Source: a virus
Virus record (IMG/VR): IMGVR_UViG_3300003177_000005
Span: 32,001 to 96,000 of that record
Direction: 5' to 3' (one strand)
Length of the DNA stretch: 64,000 bases
A program made the position numbers and the translations under genes. This document shows positions 20,573 to 30,365 of the stretch, one piece after another. Each line of letters opens with the position of its first letter. Within the stretch, counting starts at the first letter, position 1. The notes beneath the pieces are model-generated. The model was not told the origin of the DNA, did no database searches, and saw only the letters and a list, made by a program, of their open reading frames with translations.

Positions 20573-21208
20573 ATGGCTAAAGTTACATATGATAACATCC
20601 CAGGGTTAACACTAGAGTGCGATGTTTTTCTTGGTAATGGAGCAGATGATAAAAGACCGTTAGAAGAAAGAGTTAAGGTAAAAGGTCGTTTAGGTTGGAC
20701 ATTTAGAAATGGTAGACCAAGAATTAATGTTTTCTGGGATAAAGTTAATAAAGATATTGATAAAGAGGTAAATTTCATAATTGCCCCATTTAATCCTGTA
20801 CCGTGTATGCAGTTTTTAGAAAACGTTATACATTATTATACTATTAGTTTAAAGAATAAAAACTTTAACAAAGCAGTTAATGTTATACACAAAAATGTTC
20901 ATGATGGTAAAGAGTTTAAACAAGCTGAAACTAAATTTAAATATGAATACCGTAATGGTGTTTATTATCCAACATTAGTTATAAAATGTTTAAGACATGG
21001 TCATACAGCTATAGCTGATTTATCAGTTGATAAAAATTGGTATACATATGGGAAAAGTATGTTTAGTCAAACAGAACAAAATACTTATGATGCTATAGGG
21101 TATCTATATCTGTCTAAGAAAGTTTTAAGCAATATAATTAGTGGTAAAACTAATCTTAACAAAGTTGAACAAGAAACAACAACAGATAAATTATTAAAGG
21201 AGATATAA
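20573..21208 (+). CDS. Possible ChmC-like (Whirly-fold) nucleic-acid-binding protein
   Basis: LGWTFRNGRPRINVF..IIAPFNPVPCMQFLE and C-terminal helix YDAIGYLYLSKKVL resemble, from memory, a conserved phiKZ-family protein; tentative. Confidence 0.35.
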   Translation: MAKVTYDNIPGLTLECDVFLGNGADDKRPLEERVKVKGRLGWTFRNGRPRINVFWDKVNKDIDKEVNFIIAPFNPVPCMQFLENVIHYYTISLKNKNFNKAVNVIHKNVHDGKEFKQAETKFKYEYRNGVYYPTLVIKCLRHGHTAIADLSVDKNWYTYGKSMFSQTEQNTYDAIGYLYLSKKVLSNIISGKTNLNKVEQETTTDKLLKEI

Positions 21209-22150
21209 ATGGAAAAAGAAACAATTGGAGTAATGGATATAAAAAGTAGTATACCTTATTTAAAAAGGTTATTACACACAGAACCTTTTTATCCTGATAT
21301 GTGTCAATTACACTATGTATGTCGAAAAATATTAAACTTAGGAACTGATTATCAAGAAGAATGTTCTATTCAAGATATTTTATATTATTTAAAAGTCTTT
21401 TTCTATAAGATAGATGAAATAGAAATAGAAAATGGTATTAATAGTTTATTTAATGGTACAGTTGCTATTTTAAATACAATGAAAAATATTCGTAAGAATT
21501 TTAATACTACAGACTACGAAAGACTGATACATTTTGAACTTGATGCTGTTTATAGAGTACTCTATTATTTAAATCAAGAACTAGAACGTTTAAAACCATT
21601 TAGACCTGGTAAAAAATATTATGTTTTAGAGGGGGTAGATGGTAGTGGTAAGAGTACTGTAATAAAAAAGCTTAAAATTAAATTAGAGGATATTGAAAAT
21701 GTTTTCTTTATGGACGAGCCAACACTTTTAGCTTTTAGTATTAAAGATTTAACCGTTTTCCCACAATTGAGAGAATTATGGTTCCTTTTAAATAAAGAAT
21801 ATCTAAAAGATAAAATAATTATATCGGGTCGATCTTATATTTCTGGTATGGTGTATAATAATTTGTTAGTAAGAAAAATAAAAATAGATAAAGTTTATTG
21901 TTTATTACCAGAACTAAAACTAAATAAAGAGTTACTCGAAACTCGCGGCCATCTAGATGAATTAGATAAAAAATATCTAGAAAGACAAGCTGATTTTAAT
22001 AATAAGTTTGTAGAAACAATATGCAATAATGAAAGTATTAAAAAATATAATATTTACTCGATGGCTGAAAAAGAAAACTTAACTGACTATCAAGAAGAGA
22101 TAATTAAAGATATAAGTAAAAAAGTTAAAAAACATAGCAAAGGAAAATAA
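21209..22150 (+). CDS. tmk: Thymidylate kinase with ~135-aa N-terminal extension
   Basis: YVLEGVDGSGKST P-loop, DEP, ISGRSYISG. Confidence 0.75.
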   Translation: MEKETIGVMDIKSSIPYLKRLLHTEPFYPDMCQLHYVCRKILNLGTDYQEECSIQDILYYLKVFFYKIDEIEIENGINSLFNGTVAILNTMKNIRKNFNTTDYERLIHFELDAVYRVLYYLNQELERLKPFRPGKKYYVLEGVDGSGKSTVIKKLKIKLEDIENVFFMDEPTLLAFSIKDLTVFPQLRELWFLLNKEYLKDKIIISGRSYISGMVYNNLLVRKIKIDKVYCLLPELKLNKELLETRGHLDELDKKYLERQADFNNKFVETICNNESIKKYNIYSMAEKENLTDYQEEIIKDISKKVKKHSKGK

Positions 22151-22917
22151 TGAGTGGACTAGAAAGAAAAACAAGAGTTGATGATCAATTAGTTGTTGAA
22201 CATATAGATCAAGACTGGATTAAAGGTGATTTTAAAGATTTAAAAAAGTTTGTTGCTGATATTGCAACTCTATCTTATGGTAATGATGAAGCTAAAAATC
22301 CAGAAAGACTTTTTGATAGGTTAAGAGAACTTAAACACGAAAGTATTTTAGAGTTTGTTAACTTATACCCATTCTTACCAGAAAAGAAATGTAATTATGC
22401 TGGAAGTAAAAGAATCAATGCTTCATTAAGACATTTGAGCGATGAAAGCTTTCAATCACATTGGGATTTAGAAACTAGTTATATTGGTAAAGAGGCTTTA
22501 TATAATACATATATGAAAAATGTTTTTACTTTTAAGATAACTGCACCTATATTTGTTATAAGACAATTTGTCAGACATCGTATCTTATCATTCTTAGAAT
22601 TAAGTAGAAGATATGTTGGTAATAATAAAGTACCATTTAAGTTCTATATACCTAACAATGTTAATACGGTATCACAAATAATAATGAAAGAAAGTAATGA
22701 AGAAAGTGTAAGACACTATGAACAATTACTATCAGAGGGTGTACATACTCAATTAGCTCGTTCTGTTCTAGGGACTAATCTTATGACTACTATTTACGTA
22801 CAAGGTACAAAAGAAGAGTGGCAATCATTCTTAAATCTTAGAACTAAAAAATCAGCTCAAGATGAAATAAGATATGTTGCAGAGATGATAGATGAAGTTG
22901 TTAATAAGAAACAATAA
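22150..22917 (+). CDS. thyX: Flavin-dependent thymidylate synthase
   Basis: HESILE, RQFVRHRILSFLELSRRY, ARSVL, LR...AQDEIR. Confidence 0.92.
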   Translation: MSGLERKTRVDDQLVVEHIDQDWIKGDFKDLKKFVADIATLSYGNDEAKNPERLFDRLRELKHESILEFVNLYPFLPEKKCNYAGSKRINASLRHLSDESFQSHWDLETSYIGKEALYNTYMKNVFTFKITAPIFVIRQFVRHRILSFLELSRRYVGNNKVPFKFYIPNNVNTVSQIIMKESNEESVRHYEQLLSEGVHTQLARSVLGTNLMTTIYVQGTKEEWQSFLNLRTKKSAQDEIRYVAEMIDEVVNKKQ

Positions 22918-23351
22918 TGAAGATTGTCATTAAGAAAGATGAAAATATTCTAAGAGCACCATCAGGTTTCGTAGTAATTCCTGTTAATGGTGTTGGTGTT
23001 ATGGGTAAAGGTCTAGCCTTACAATTTAAACAAAAGTTTCCTATTGGTTATAACTATTATAGAGATGTTTGTAATAGTGGGGAATTTGATGGTAAGTACA
23101 TTGATGGTTGGGAAGAGTTCATATTTTTTAAAACAAAAGAACATTGGAGAGACCCTTCCATTATGGAAGATATAATAAAGGGTCTTTATGAACTTAAAGA
23201 GGTTTTAATAGAAGACTTCCTTATGGACGATATTAATATACCAAAGATAGGTTGTGGTTTAGGTGGTCTTGATTGGGTTTTAGTAAAGAATGCTATAATC
23301 CAAATATTAGGAACAGTGGAAAATGAAAAAACACTTTACATTTACGAATAA
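22917..23351 (+). CDS. Macrodomain protein, DarG/TARG1-like
   Basis: PVNGVGVMGKGLALQFK, FKTKEHWR, PKIGCGLGGLDW. Confidence 0.88.
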   Translation: MKIVIKKDENILRAPSGFVVIPVNGVGVMGKGLALQFKQKFPIGYNYYRDVCNSGEFDGKYIDGWEEFIFFKTKEHWRDPSIMEDIIKGLYELKEVLIEDFLMDDINIPKIGCGLGGLDWVLVKNAIIQILGTVENEKTLYIYE

Positions 23352-23360
23352 AGGTGCAAT

Positions 23361-23777
23361 ATGAGAGGAATTATAGTTGCATTAGCAATTAAGTTAATGG
23401 AAAATAAAGAATTACTTGGTTTAGCTGAACCAATGAAAAAAGGTGGTGTTGTTACTATAGACCCTGATAAAAAATATGAAGACTTCTATTTTGCTACTAG
23501 TTGTCTTTATAAAAATCTTAGAGATCGACCAGCTATAGATGATGTCCTAAAAACTTTTTTTAAGAAACATAAGATTGATAAGGAATTAGTTTTCTGTTTG
23601 ATTAATCATCATATTGAAAAAACTAATATCGATTGTAATTTATTAAAAGTTGAAAAAGATAATATTTGGAGAGATAGTGAGTATGTTTATAAATTACTAG
23701 AAGGGTTATATAATGGTAGTATTAATAAACCTAATAGTTATTTAAAACGCAATGGAGTTAAACGATGGTACAAATAA
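23361..23777 (+). CDS. Hypothetical protein
   Basis: 138 aa, AAGGTG RBS. Confidence 0.7.
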   Translation: MRGIIVALAIKLMENKELLGLAEPMKKGGVVTIDPDKKYEDFYFATSCLYKNLRDRPAIDDVLKTFFKKHKIDKELVFCLINHHIEKTNIDCNLLKVEKDNIWRDSEYVYKLLEGLYNGSINKPNSYLKRNGVKRWYK

Positions 23778-24245
23778 GAAAGGTAATGAAATGAGAAATA
23801 AAATTTTTAAACCTAGCTTGTAAAATAGCAAGAATAATTAGGTTAGAAATCAATCATTTATCTGATTCTGAACAAACTTGTTATATGGTATCCACAGGTT
23901 ATAATTGCGAAGATAAAAAAGGGGATCGTCCCTGGTTCTTATTTATTATAGATATAAAAAAAAAGATGGGAAACATTTTCTATTTAATTTAGAAAATGTT
24001 TCCTTACATAGAACAGTAAACCTAGAAGATAATTTATGTATTGTTGGTAATTACATGTATCAGTATAAAATTGATACTAATAAGATTCCTGGTTTTGATA
24101 AAAAAAAACTCTTAACACATACTACATAAAAGTAGTATCTAGTAATAAAAATCGTAAATAATTTATTAAAATATTTTTTATTTGGTTATGATATCACTAT
24201 AGGTACTCTTAGGAGTTAAAAAATTAATATTATAAAGGAGTTAAT

Positions 24246-24548
24246 ATGGTATTAAAAATTGTAGAAGTAAAAACAAAATTAATGTTCGTTAAGGAGTTTA
24301 ATGTTTTTATAGATGATAATAAAATAGCTAATGTTCGTTGGAGAACAAAAGCTAAATTATCATCTATGTTGGCAAGCTTTAGATATGCTGGGGACATTAA
24401 CTTCAAAAATGCTAGACCAACAAATAAAGAAGAGGTGGTTGGCATAATTAAAAAATATGTTTTAGAAACATATGTTAATTTAAAGACAACTAGTAATAAA
24501 GGTTACAAGATAACATCAACTGATGTTAATCTTTTACCTGAAGATTAA
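24246..24548 (+). CDS. Hypothetical protein
   Basis: 100 aa, AAGGAG RBS. Confidence 0.7.
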   Translation: MVLKIVEVKTKLMFVKEFNVFIDDNKIANVRWRTKAKLSSMLASFRYAGDINFKNARPTNKEEVVGIIKKYVLETYVNLKTTSNKGYKITSTDVNLLPED

Positions 24549-24609
24549 TTTCTTCAGACCTTTTTTTCTTTTCCCCAGTAACACTTTTTTAAATTCATTA
24601 CTTTTTTAT

Positions 24610-24643
24610 ACAGATATAATTAAAATAGTGATGATGTCACTAA
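24610..24643 (+). promoter_or_regulatory. Promoter-like box plus TAGTGA..TCACTA hairpin
   Basis: cagatataattaaaa-tagtga-tgatg-tcacta, same architecture as leader P1. Confidence 0.6.
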
Positions 24644-24763
24644 TTTAGTTTTATACAAATAAGTAATGTTATATTATACTAGGATAACAACTAGAGGTTA
24701 TCTCCATAAAGTAGTATAATATCAAGGCATGAAATGTTTGTATTAAAACACCAAGGAGTTAAA

Positions 24764-25474
24764 ATGACAACAATTAAAAATAAGAATATGGAACTAACAC
24801 ACGATGCTAATAAGGGTATCTTAACAATTAATGATACTTTTCATACCGTTAAATCTAAAGATGAGATTAAGATACTAACAGTATTATTATCAGATAATCC
24901 AATAACAAGAAGTAAAGTAAAAGTTGGAGTAGACAAGAAAATATTTAGAGTTAGTTTTTTTAAATTAAAGATGAGTTTAACAATGAATATCTTTCTAGTT
25001 TTGAAAGAGTTAGACTTACTTAAACTTGAAAATAAATCACCAACATCTTTCATCTTAAATGTTGGGGATAAAAAATTTAATATGGTTTATGAGGATAACC
25101 TATTTAAATTAAAAAGTCATCATAGACATAAAAAAACTTTAAATACTGTTAAATTTAAAGAGATTAAAACAGATCGTGTTAAACTACCAGATATAATTGG
25201 GAGTATTCAAATTAATGGTTATGAACTTAAAAATGAAGAAATAGCTAAAATCCAAATTTACTTAGTAAATGAGATAAAAAAAGCTATTGTAGAACAAGGT
25301 AGTTTTAGTATTTCGGGATTTGGTTCATTTACTTATAAACAAGCATATGTTAAAAAGAATCAATATATGCCAGAGACAGGTTGCAAAAACGACATATTAA
25401 TTAAAGCTAATGTTCGATTTAAAGCAAGTAAAGCATTAAGAGATAAATTATTAGAAAAGACTGAAGGGGAATAG
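24764..25474 (+). CDS. Protein with C-terminal HU/IHF-like DNA-binding domain
   Basis: SFSISGFGSF...PETG...VRFKASKALRDKL; ~150-aa unknown N-terminal part. Confidence 0.75.
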   Translation: MTTIKNKNMELTHDANKGILTINDTFHTVKSKDEIKILTVLLSDNPITRSKVKVGVDKKIFRVSFFKLKMSLTMNIFLVLKELDLLKLENKSPTSFILNVGDKKFNMVYEDNLFKLKSHHRHKKTLNTVKFKEIKTDRVKLPDIIGSIQINGYELKNEEIAKIQIYLVNEIKKAIVEQGSFSISGFGSFTYKQAYVKKNQYMPETGCKNDILIKANVRFKASKALRDKLLEKTEGE

Positions 25475-25906
25475 ATGTTAACAAAATTATATAATGAATT
25501 AAAGATAATCATCAAGAATTATGATGATTACTATTCAAAAGATAAACAGTGTCTAAATTATCAAGATACTGTTGAATTAGATAAGTACCTTATAGCACTT
25601 GTTGGAAATGTCTTTATAATAAAGCATCGAAATCCAATAACTAATTCTGTAACTATGGATGTAGTTATTATTGATGAAATAAAGAAAGTAATCGATAATG
25701 AAGATACTTTTCAAAACTTTATTTTATCACTTGATGGTACACAAAAGGTAAACGAGTTTACCAATATTAAAGTTGAGGAAAATCAAGTAGGAGCTGATGT
25801 TGATGATATCTGTAAAGAAAAAAGATTTAAAAGATTAGTAAACACTATTTTAGATTTTATGTTAGGTATGGCAACAACTTACCTTATTTATCAAATGTTA
25901 TATTAA
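25475..25906 (+). CDS. Hypothetical protein with C-terminal hydrophobic anchor
   Basis: 143 aa. Confidence 0.65.
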   Translation: MLTKLYNELKIIIKNYDDYYSKDKQCLNYQDTVELDKYLIALVGNVFIIKHRNPITNSVTMDVVIIDEIKKVIDNEDTFQNFILSLDGTQKVNEFTNIKVEENQVGADVDDICKEKRFKRLVNTILDFMLGMATTYLIYQMLY

Positions 25907-25918
25907 AAAAGGAAAAAG

Positions 25919-26206
25919 ATGAAGAAAATTATTGTGTTATTAGTGTTAATAAGTAGTATGGTATTAGGTAATGAGTTTAAAGTAACAAATGAGAATGGTC
26001 TAGTAATATACAATACTCGTTTTCAAAAAGTTATTGTTAATAAGGCAAATTTTAAAGAGTTCATAGCTCTTAAAAGATTTAGAGTTGCTTTATATAGAAT
26101 TGAAGGTGTCTATACTAAGTATAATTGGATTTTATTGGTTTTAGATAAAAATGGTAAATCAACTTATCAGACTCTAGTAAATGTTAAGGAGATTCCAAAT
26201 GAGTAG
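25919..26206 (+). CDS. Small secreted protein
   Basis: MKKIIVLLVLISSMVLG signal peptide. Confidence 0.7.
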   Translation: MKKIIVLLVLISSMVLGNEFKVTNENGLVIYNTRFQKVIVNKANFKEFIALKRFRVALYRIEGVYTKYNWILLVLDKNGKSTYQTLVNVKEIPNE

Positions 26207-26570
26207 TTTAGTAATGGTCTATCCAGATACAAAAGCAAAATTAAAAGAACAGTTTACTATATTTAAACGAAAAAAATTTGGGACCATTTATAATGGTAAC
26301 TTAACTGAAATTAAAAAAACCATAGAAGACACTAATATGGTAGCTATGGAAATAATTCCATTTGTTCAGGTATATGGTAGAGATACTACAACAAGCGAGA
26401 TAGTAGCTAATGATGATTTAGAAGAGTATTCTGCTAAAATCGCTAAACGATATCTTTGTGTAGAACCTTATAGAAGAAATACATATATATTACCTGGGCC
26501 TATTAGTGAAGTTGTAGTTGATGATTTAAATAAAGCTGTTTTAGATTTAATAAAAGAAGATTGGAGATAA
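26199..26570 (+). CDS. Hypothetical protein
   Basis: Start moved to ATG 26199 behind AAGGAG. Confidence 0.65.
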   Translation: MSSLVMVYPDTKAKLKEQFTIFKRKKFGTIYNGNLTEIKKTIEDTNMVAMEIIPFVQVYGRDTTTSEIVANDDLEEYSAKIAKRYLCVEPYRRNTYILPGPISEVVVDDLNKAVLDLIKEDWR

Positions 26571-26574
26571 AAAA

Positions 26575-27717
26575 ATGAAAAAAAAAGAAAATACAGGTAA
26601 ATTTAATAATGATACAGTAGGTATCATTGATGATGGTTCATTAGTAACCTTTAAAGAGTATAAAGAGACAAAGTCTAATACATTTGCTGGTTTACCAAGT
26701 ATCACTATTGATTTAGAACATCGTAGTTATATCTTCTATCTTAAAGATGCTAACATTCATTGCTTTAACGATGATAAATACGAAGACCGATTAAATCAAT
26801 TATCTTTGTCACCAACATTCTTTTATACACTTAGAGCTAATCCTACAAAGAAGGATATAATTTATTTCGATGGTTTAGGGTTTAAAAATATTTTGTTAGA
26901 ACCAGTAGAAGAACCTATTATTAACAATCTAGACCTTGATGAAGTTTTAGAGGGTATCCTTCTTAGTGGGGATAAAATAAATGTTGACTTTATACTAGGA
27001 CTAAACCTGCATCTTACGGATAATCCGAATGAGAGAATAAAGTTTATAAATTTTAAAGTAAAACCAGGTTTCGAGGTTGAAGCTGAGATAGTTATAAAAG
27101 ATGTTTCTTATATGGAAAAAGGTACTTTAGTATATACTAAAGAACTTAGAATTACTTTTACTAGAGATAAATATGACAATATAAATACTTGTTTGGGTGA
27201 ACCCCTTAAAATGATGAAAAATGTTAATACTAATATGGACAATAGTATTGGGCGTCAAATTGGTAGTCAAAGTATAAATAGCAACACTCAGATTTTGGTT
27301 GACAGAGAAGAGGTTGCAACTCAAAACTCTAAAGAAGAAGTATCAGACCTAATTACAGATGAAAATATTACTGAAATTAAAGAAGATTTTAAAGAAAAAG
27401 ATGAAATGTATCTACCTAGTTCTGATGCTGTTCCCAAAGAAGAATTAAACCCTATACTTATACCAGATATACCAAAGGGAGAAGTTAAAATAAATAATGG
27501 TGGGTCTGACCCTTTATTAAGTCAAGAGTGGGGTAATGAAGGTGCAAGAGAACCGATAGTTGAACCTAATGAAATTAAGGATTTCGAACAAATGGATAAT
27601 GTAAACCCTAACACTATGAAAAAAAATATGATGACCTTTAAGGGTCTTGAAGAAAAAGATCTTATTAAAGAAGGTGGGAAAGAGATTTCTTACATAATTA
27701 AAAAGTTTTTAAAATGA
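26575..27717 (+). CDS. Hypothetical protein with acidic, likely disordered C-terminal third
   Basis: 380 aa. Confidence 0.75.
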   Translation: MKKKENTGKFNNDTVGIIDDGSLVTFKEYKETKSNTFAGLPSITIDLEHRSYIFYLKDANIHCFNDDKYEDRLNQLSLSPTFFYTLRANPTKKDIIYFDGLGFKNILLEPVEEPIINNLDLDEVLEGILLSGDKINVDFILGLNLHLTDNPNERIKFINFKVKPGFEVEAEIVIKDVSYMEKGTLVYTKELRITFTRDKYDNINTCLGEPLKMMKNVNTNMDNSIGRQIGSQSINSNTQILVDREEVATQNSKEEVSDLITDENITEIKEDFKEKDEMYLPSSDAVPKEELNPILIPDIPKGEVKINNGGSDPLLSQEWGNEGAREPIVEPNEIKDFEQMDNVNPNTMKKNMMTFKGLEEKDLIKEGGKEISYIIKKFLK

Positions 27718-27737
27718 AAAATAAAAAAGGATAACAG

Positions 27738-28202
27738 ATACTAGCACCAATAAAAAGAAAAGAATTCTTTAGAGGATTTCAAAAAACTATTGAGGATTTC
27801 TTTAAAGAGAATAATCTTCATTATATTCCTTTCGCACTAGATCGCGTTATTGGAAATGTATACATTAAGTATCTAACTAAAGAATTGGAGATATTTGTAA
27901 ATCTATCTGAAATGTTTAAAGATGGTAAGGTTAATATCAAAATAGGTCGGACTCGCATGCCAGTAGAAGATGCCACAAAATTAATCGAAAACCTAGAAGT
28001 GATTATTAAAGATTATGTCGCAGAGAACACTAAGGTTATTGATTTAGATAATTGTGACGTAAAAGAGTTCGTAACCAAAGAGACAGGTTATCAACTCATT
28101 GATGATACAATAGTGAATGAACAAAATCTCTTAACATTTATGAAAAATATTGATGGTAAGGAAAAGAGATTTACCTTGGATTTAACAGAAAAATTAAGCT
28201 AG
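27738..28202 (+). CDS. Hypothetical protein (frame open upstream of TTG 27885 to an ATA behind AAGGA)
   Basis: Open frame ILAPIKRKEFFRGF... precedes the tracked ORF. Confidence 0.5.
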   Translation: MLAPIKRKEFFRGFQKTIEDFFKENNLHYIPFALDRVIGNVYIKYLTKELEIFVNLSEMFKDGKVNIKIGRTRMPVEDATKLIENLEVIIKDYVAENTKVIDLDNCDVKEFVTKETGYQLIDDTIVNEQNLLTFMKNIDGKEKRFTLDLTEKLS

Positions 28203-28249
28203 AAGATAATACTCTACTTAAAGTTGTTCCTACTTATAGATACATAATA

Positions 28250-28468
28250 ATGGGTAATAAAAAATATAATCAAAAAGCATTTGTTCCAATTAAGGGTAAG
28301 TGCAATTTTGATAAAAAGTTAGAAACAGAAGTGACTGTTTTAACTATTAAAAAAATTATAGAATTTTTCTTCAGCTCAATATTGGTTATTAGTATCATAA
28401 TAGCTATCAATGTTTTATTCTTTAAAGAAACTGATGAGGATGCTTATAAAAACAGAAGTAACTTTTAG
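28250..28468 (+). CDS. Small membrane protein
   Basis: 72 aa, one hydrophobic helix. Confidence 0.55.
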   Translation: MGNKKYNQKAFVPIKGKCNFDKKLETEVTVLTIKKIIEFFFSSILVISIIIAINVLFFKETDEDAYKNRSNF

Positions 28469-28476
28469 ATGTATTA

Positions 28477-28520
28477 CTAGGTGTAGGTTTAAAACCTACA
28501 CCTAGCTTATTTTTTTTTAT
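28477..28520 (+). terminator. Intrinsic terminator
   Basis: ctaggtgtaggtt/aacctacacctag stem followed by T-tract. Confidence 0.8.
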
Positions 28521-28592
28521 TTCATTATGTTTTTATACAGATATAGTTTAAATAGTGATTAAGATCATTATATTTTAATTAAGGAGAGAAAG

Positions 28593-29156
28593 TTGTTTAA
28601 ATTAAAGAAACTAACAACAGGGAAATTCATAGAGGTGCTAAACAATGCTGTTATAAACTATTGTCAAAGTACAATTGGTGACTTTAACGAAAGTCAATTG
28701 TTTTACGATAAGTTTAATAATAATGGCAAAAGTTTTATTCAGTGGGAATTTACTTCCCAACATATTCTAACATTAAATTTAACACTACTTTTACAAAATG
28801 GAGTAGTAAATTTGACAGAGAAAAGAGCAGACCAAACTATCCTACCTTTAGAACTAATTCTAAAGTTAGAAGATATAGTTTCTAAGCATTTAGAAAAGGT
28901 AGATTTTGATTTAAAAAAATTAGAAGACTACTTAAAAGAGGAAGGTTTTACAATTGGTCATATCAGTCTCTATGGGGATGTATTTAAACTCGCATTTACA
29001 AAATGGTTTGATATGGTACCAAGACATTATAGAATAAATATTACTAGACTTATAGTGGGTTTACCTGTATTATTAGAAAGTGAGGTAGAAAATACTGGTA
29101 GTAATGAAATTAAAAAAGTAATCAAAAAAATAAATCAAATGCGACAAGAGGACTAA
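28593..29156 (+). CDS. Hypothetical protein, paralog of 32602..33216
   Basis: ILPLELILKL and INITRLIVGLPVL vs IIPLELENKL and INITDLVVGFPTL. Confidence 0.7.
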   Translation: MFKLKKLTTGKFIEVLNNAVINYCQSTIGDFNESQLFYDKFNNNGKSFIQWEFTSQHILTLNLTLLLQNGVVNLTEKRADQTILPLELILKLEDIVSKHLEKVDFDLKKLEDYLKEEGFTIGHISLYGDVFKLAFTKWFDMVPRHYRINITRLIVGLPVLLESEVENTGSNEIKKVIKKINQMRQED

Positions 29157-29591
29157 TGTTATGAACAGTTTTATACAAAACTATTTACCAAGGATTTTGT
29201 CTTTGGTAATATTTTAAGTATTACTAAAAATAAGTCAAAACAAGAACAAGAGAGAATACATATTTTTATCGTTTCTCTAATTGCTAACTTTTTCTTTACA
29301 GCATTACTAAAAGATTATCTACCAGTTCCAGAAAATACAACCGAGTTTGTTTTATTGTCTGTTATGTGTATAATTGGTTTTGTTACTATTATGGTAACAT
29401 ATGAAAGTAAAATTAAATAAATGGTTACGGAAGTAGGAGCATTTGAGAAGAAGATTGATTATGTATAAATTAAAAGAAAATATTAATATTTGATACTAGG
29501 AGCCGTATGGTTTCCTAGTAACATCTTTTACTATTAAAGTAACCTTTATTTTTTTATTTTCGACCTTTATTATTGATAAGATAAAAAAAAA

Positions 29592-29601
29592 GGGGGGGGG
29601 G
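29592..29601 (+). repeat. G10 homopolymer in RBS position
   Basis: A9-G10-ttacta-ATG. Confidence 0.85.
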
Positions 29602-29607
29602 TTACTA

Positions 29608-29943
29608 ATGAATGAGTTTAATAACAAAGGTATATCGGAGTTAAAGGATTTAATTTATGTTAATACAAGAAAGTTTAAAGATGACAAGAAAATACTTTTT
29701 GATGTATTAGTCAAAATACAAATGGAGATACTATTAAAGTTAGCCCCATCAAAGGATATCGTAATAGAAGATTTAAATAATATTTTAAAAGGTGATTTTG
29801 CTGTTTATGATGATCCATTTACAAATATAAATGAAATTATTCTAGAAAATATTTATGATAATAATTTAGATTATAATAAAGAACTACAGCGTTTAGCTGT
29901 TTTTTCATTTTTAAAATGTCAAAACGAAGGTATACTTGATTAA
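29608..29943 (+). CDS. Hypothetical protein
   Basis: 111 aa. Confidence 0.7.
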   Translation: MNEFNNKGISELKDLIYVNTRKFKDDKKILFDVLVKIQMEILLKLAPSKDIVIEDLNNILKGDFAVYDDPFTNINEIILENIYDNNLDYNKELQRLAVFSFLKCQNEGILD

Positions 29944-30018
29944 CTCTCAGTTTAGAGAGTTAATCAAAATATTTTCATAAAGATATTTTTTAATTAATAT
30001 TAGAAAGGACTTAGAAGT

Positions 30019-30351
30019 ATGGAAGAGATGTATATTAAATCGTTATATAAAGAACACGGTGATAAAGATGTTGAAAAGGTAAAGGTTAACCTATATAAGG
30101 ATCCTACAGGTTATGAGTTAAATATACCAATTAACTTAGTTTTAGAGGCTTTTAATAAAGAAGGTCGATTACTTTATAAAGCATTATGTAAAGATCATAG
30201 TTGTAAAAAAGATCATCCCAATTATTCAGAAAATGAGAAATGGTTTGACATTAATTATTACCAGAAACAACGAGAGGTTAGTAATTTTATTTTACATTTT
30301 GTTTATTATACATCACCTAGAAATGGTAATGTTGAATTTAAAACATATTAG
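30019..30351 (+). CDS. Hypothetical protein
   Basis: 110 aa, AAGGA RBS. Confidence 0.7.
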   Translation: MEEMYIKSLYKEHGDKDVEKVKVNLYKDPTGYELNIPINLVLEAFNKEGRLLYKALCKDHSCKKDHPNYSENEKWFDINYYQKQREVSNFILHFVYYTSPRNGNVEFKTY

Positions 30352-30365
30352 AAGGGAGATTAGTT

